Assembly (NCBI RefSeq): GCF_021869535.1
Contig: NW_026262581.1
Span: 16,678,001-16,742,000 of the forward strand
Direction: 5' to 3'
Origin: Mytilus californianus
Taxonomy: Eukaryota
DNA: 64,000 nt
Position 1 is the first letter of the stretch; every line of letters starts with the position of its first letter. Shown one piece after another: positions 62,382-64,000 of this stretch. The notes beneath the pieces are model-generated. The model saw only the letters and a list, made by a program, of their open reading frames with translations. It ran no database searches and was not told where the DNA came from. The position numbers and the translations under genes were made by a program.

Positions 62382-62488
62382 ATATGTTGTCCTGACCACT
62401 AAACACGGTGAGGGCTATACAAACTGGCCATCGAGTCATTCATTCAACTGGAATTCAAAAGCAGTTGCACCTAACAGGGACCTTGTGG
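62382..62488 (+). CDS. FUCA: Fucosidase-like copy 2 exon 2
   Basis: [17 protein letters not shown]...APNRDLV, with the same length (107 nt) and splice sites as copy 1 exon 2. Confidence 0.93.
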
Positions 62489-62539
62489 GTTAGTACAGGT
62501 GCTTATGATGAATTACAACTTGATTCTTTTTTTTCACTG

Positions 62540-64000
62540 AACATCTAAATAACACCCAATACTCATGTAACATCCAAATAACATCCAATACTCATGTTAC
62601 ATCCAAATAACATCCAAACATCCTATACTCATATTACATCCAAATTACATCCAAACATCCAATACTCATGTTACATCCAAATAACATCCAATACTCATGT
62701 TACATCCAAATAACATCCAAAACTCATGTTACATCCCAATAACATAAAAACATCCAATACTCCTGTTACATCCAAATTACATCCAATATTCATGTTACAT
62801 CCAAATAACATCCAAACATCCTACACTCATGTTACATCCAAATAACATCCAATACTCATGTTACACCAAAATAACATCCAATACTCATGTTACATCCAAA
62901 TAACATCCAATACTCATGTTACATGCAAATAACATCCAAACATCCAATACTCATGTTACATCCAAATAACATCAAAACATCCAATACTCATGTTACATCC
63001 AAATTACATCAAAAACTCATGTTACATCCAAATAACTTCCAAACATCCAATACTCCTGTTACATCCAAATTACATCCAATACTCATGTTACATCCAAATA
63101 ACATTCAAACATGCAATACTCCTGGTACATCCAAATTGCATCCAATACTCATATTACATCCAAATAACATCCAATACTCATGTTACATCAAAATAACATC
63201 CAATACTCATGTTACATCCAAATAACATCCAAACATCCAATACTCATGTTACATCCAAATAAAATCCAAACACTCAATTCTCATGTTACATCCAAATAAC
63301 ATCCAAACATCCAATACTCCTGTTACATCCAAATTACATCCAATACTCATGTGACATCCAAATTACATCCAATACTCATGTTACATCCAAATTACATCCA
63401 ATACTCATGTTACATCCAAATAACATCCAAACATGCAATACTCCTATTACATCCAAATTGCATCCAATACTCATGTTACATCCAAATAACATCCAATACT
63501 CATGTTACATCCAAATAACATCTAATACTCATGTTACATCCAAATAACATCCAAACATCCAATACTCATGTTACATCCAAATAACATCCAAACATCCAAT
63601 ACTCATGTTACATCCAAATTACATCAAAAACTCATGTTACATCCAAATAACATCAAAACATCCAATACTCCTGTTACATTCAAATTACATCCAATACTCA
63701 TGTTACATCCAAATTACATCCAATACTCATGTTACATTCAAATAACATCCAAACATGCAAATCTCCTGTTACATCCAAATTGCATCCAATACTCATGTTA
63801 CATCCAAATAACATCCAATACTCATGTTACATCAAAATAACATCCAATACTCATGTAACATCCAAATAACATCCAATACTCATGTAACATCAAAATAACA
63901 TCCAATACTCATGTTAAATCCAAATAACATGCAATACTCCTGTTACATCCAAATTGCATCCAATATTCATGTTACATCCAAATAACATCCAATACTCATG
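62540..64000. repeat. 29/37-bp minisatellite in intron 2 of copy 2, running past the window end
   Basis: Unit catccaatactcatgttacatccaaataa with an optional extra catccaaa. The top strand is nearly G-free. Confidence 0.95.

Noticed and set aside
62887-63840. ORFs across minisatellites (62887..63225, 62990..63196, 63568..63840, 50977..51267, 51042..51227) and the satellite ORF 26630..26842
   Set aside because: Products of tandem-repeat periodicity, mostly inside introns, with no splice or start context.

Overview
AT-rich, intron-containing animal genomic DNA. The H1 protein sequence and repeat families point to a Mytilus mussel (inference). 1-33.9 kb is mostly transposon-derived: a TTAA-flanked piggyBac-like element (8643-13291), several Helentron-associated (HINE-like) elements with 147-168 bp internal satellites, an internally deleted Ty3/Gypsy-like LTR element (23176-25537), tRNA-derived SINEs, and a ~350-nt tandem retrozyme-like repeat with an intact type I hammerhead ribozyme (14925-14968, minus). 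This part also holds a spaced array of 18-bp palindromes (25805-26109) and two candidate micro-exons encoding a Cys cluster (27452-27874). 33964-47058 is an H1-only histone tandem array on the minus strand with one multiply disabled pseudogene and two intact 186-aa genes. 49801-58104 is a complete 8-exon, 461-aa GH29 alpha-L-fucosidase-like gene. A tandem paralog starts at 61158 and runs off the window end. Both paralogs have KHGEG in place of the conserved KHHEG, and the second also has Thr in place of the FxHWG His. All coordinates and counts were read by eye; no searches were run.
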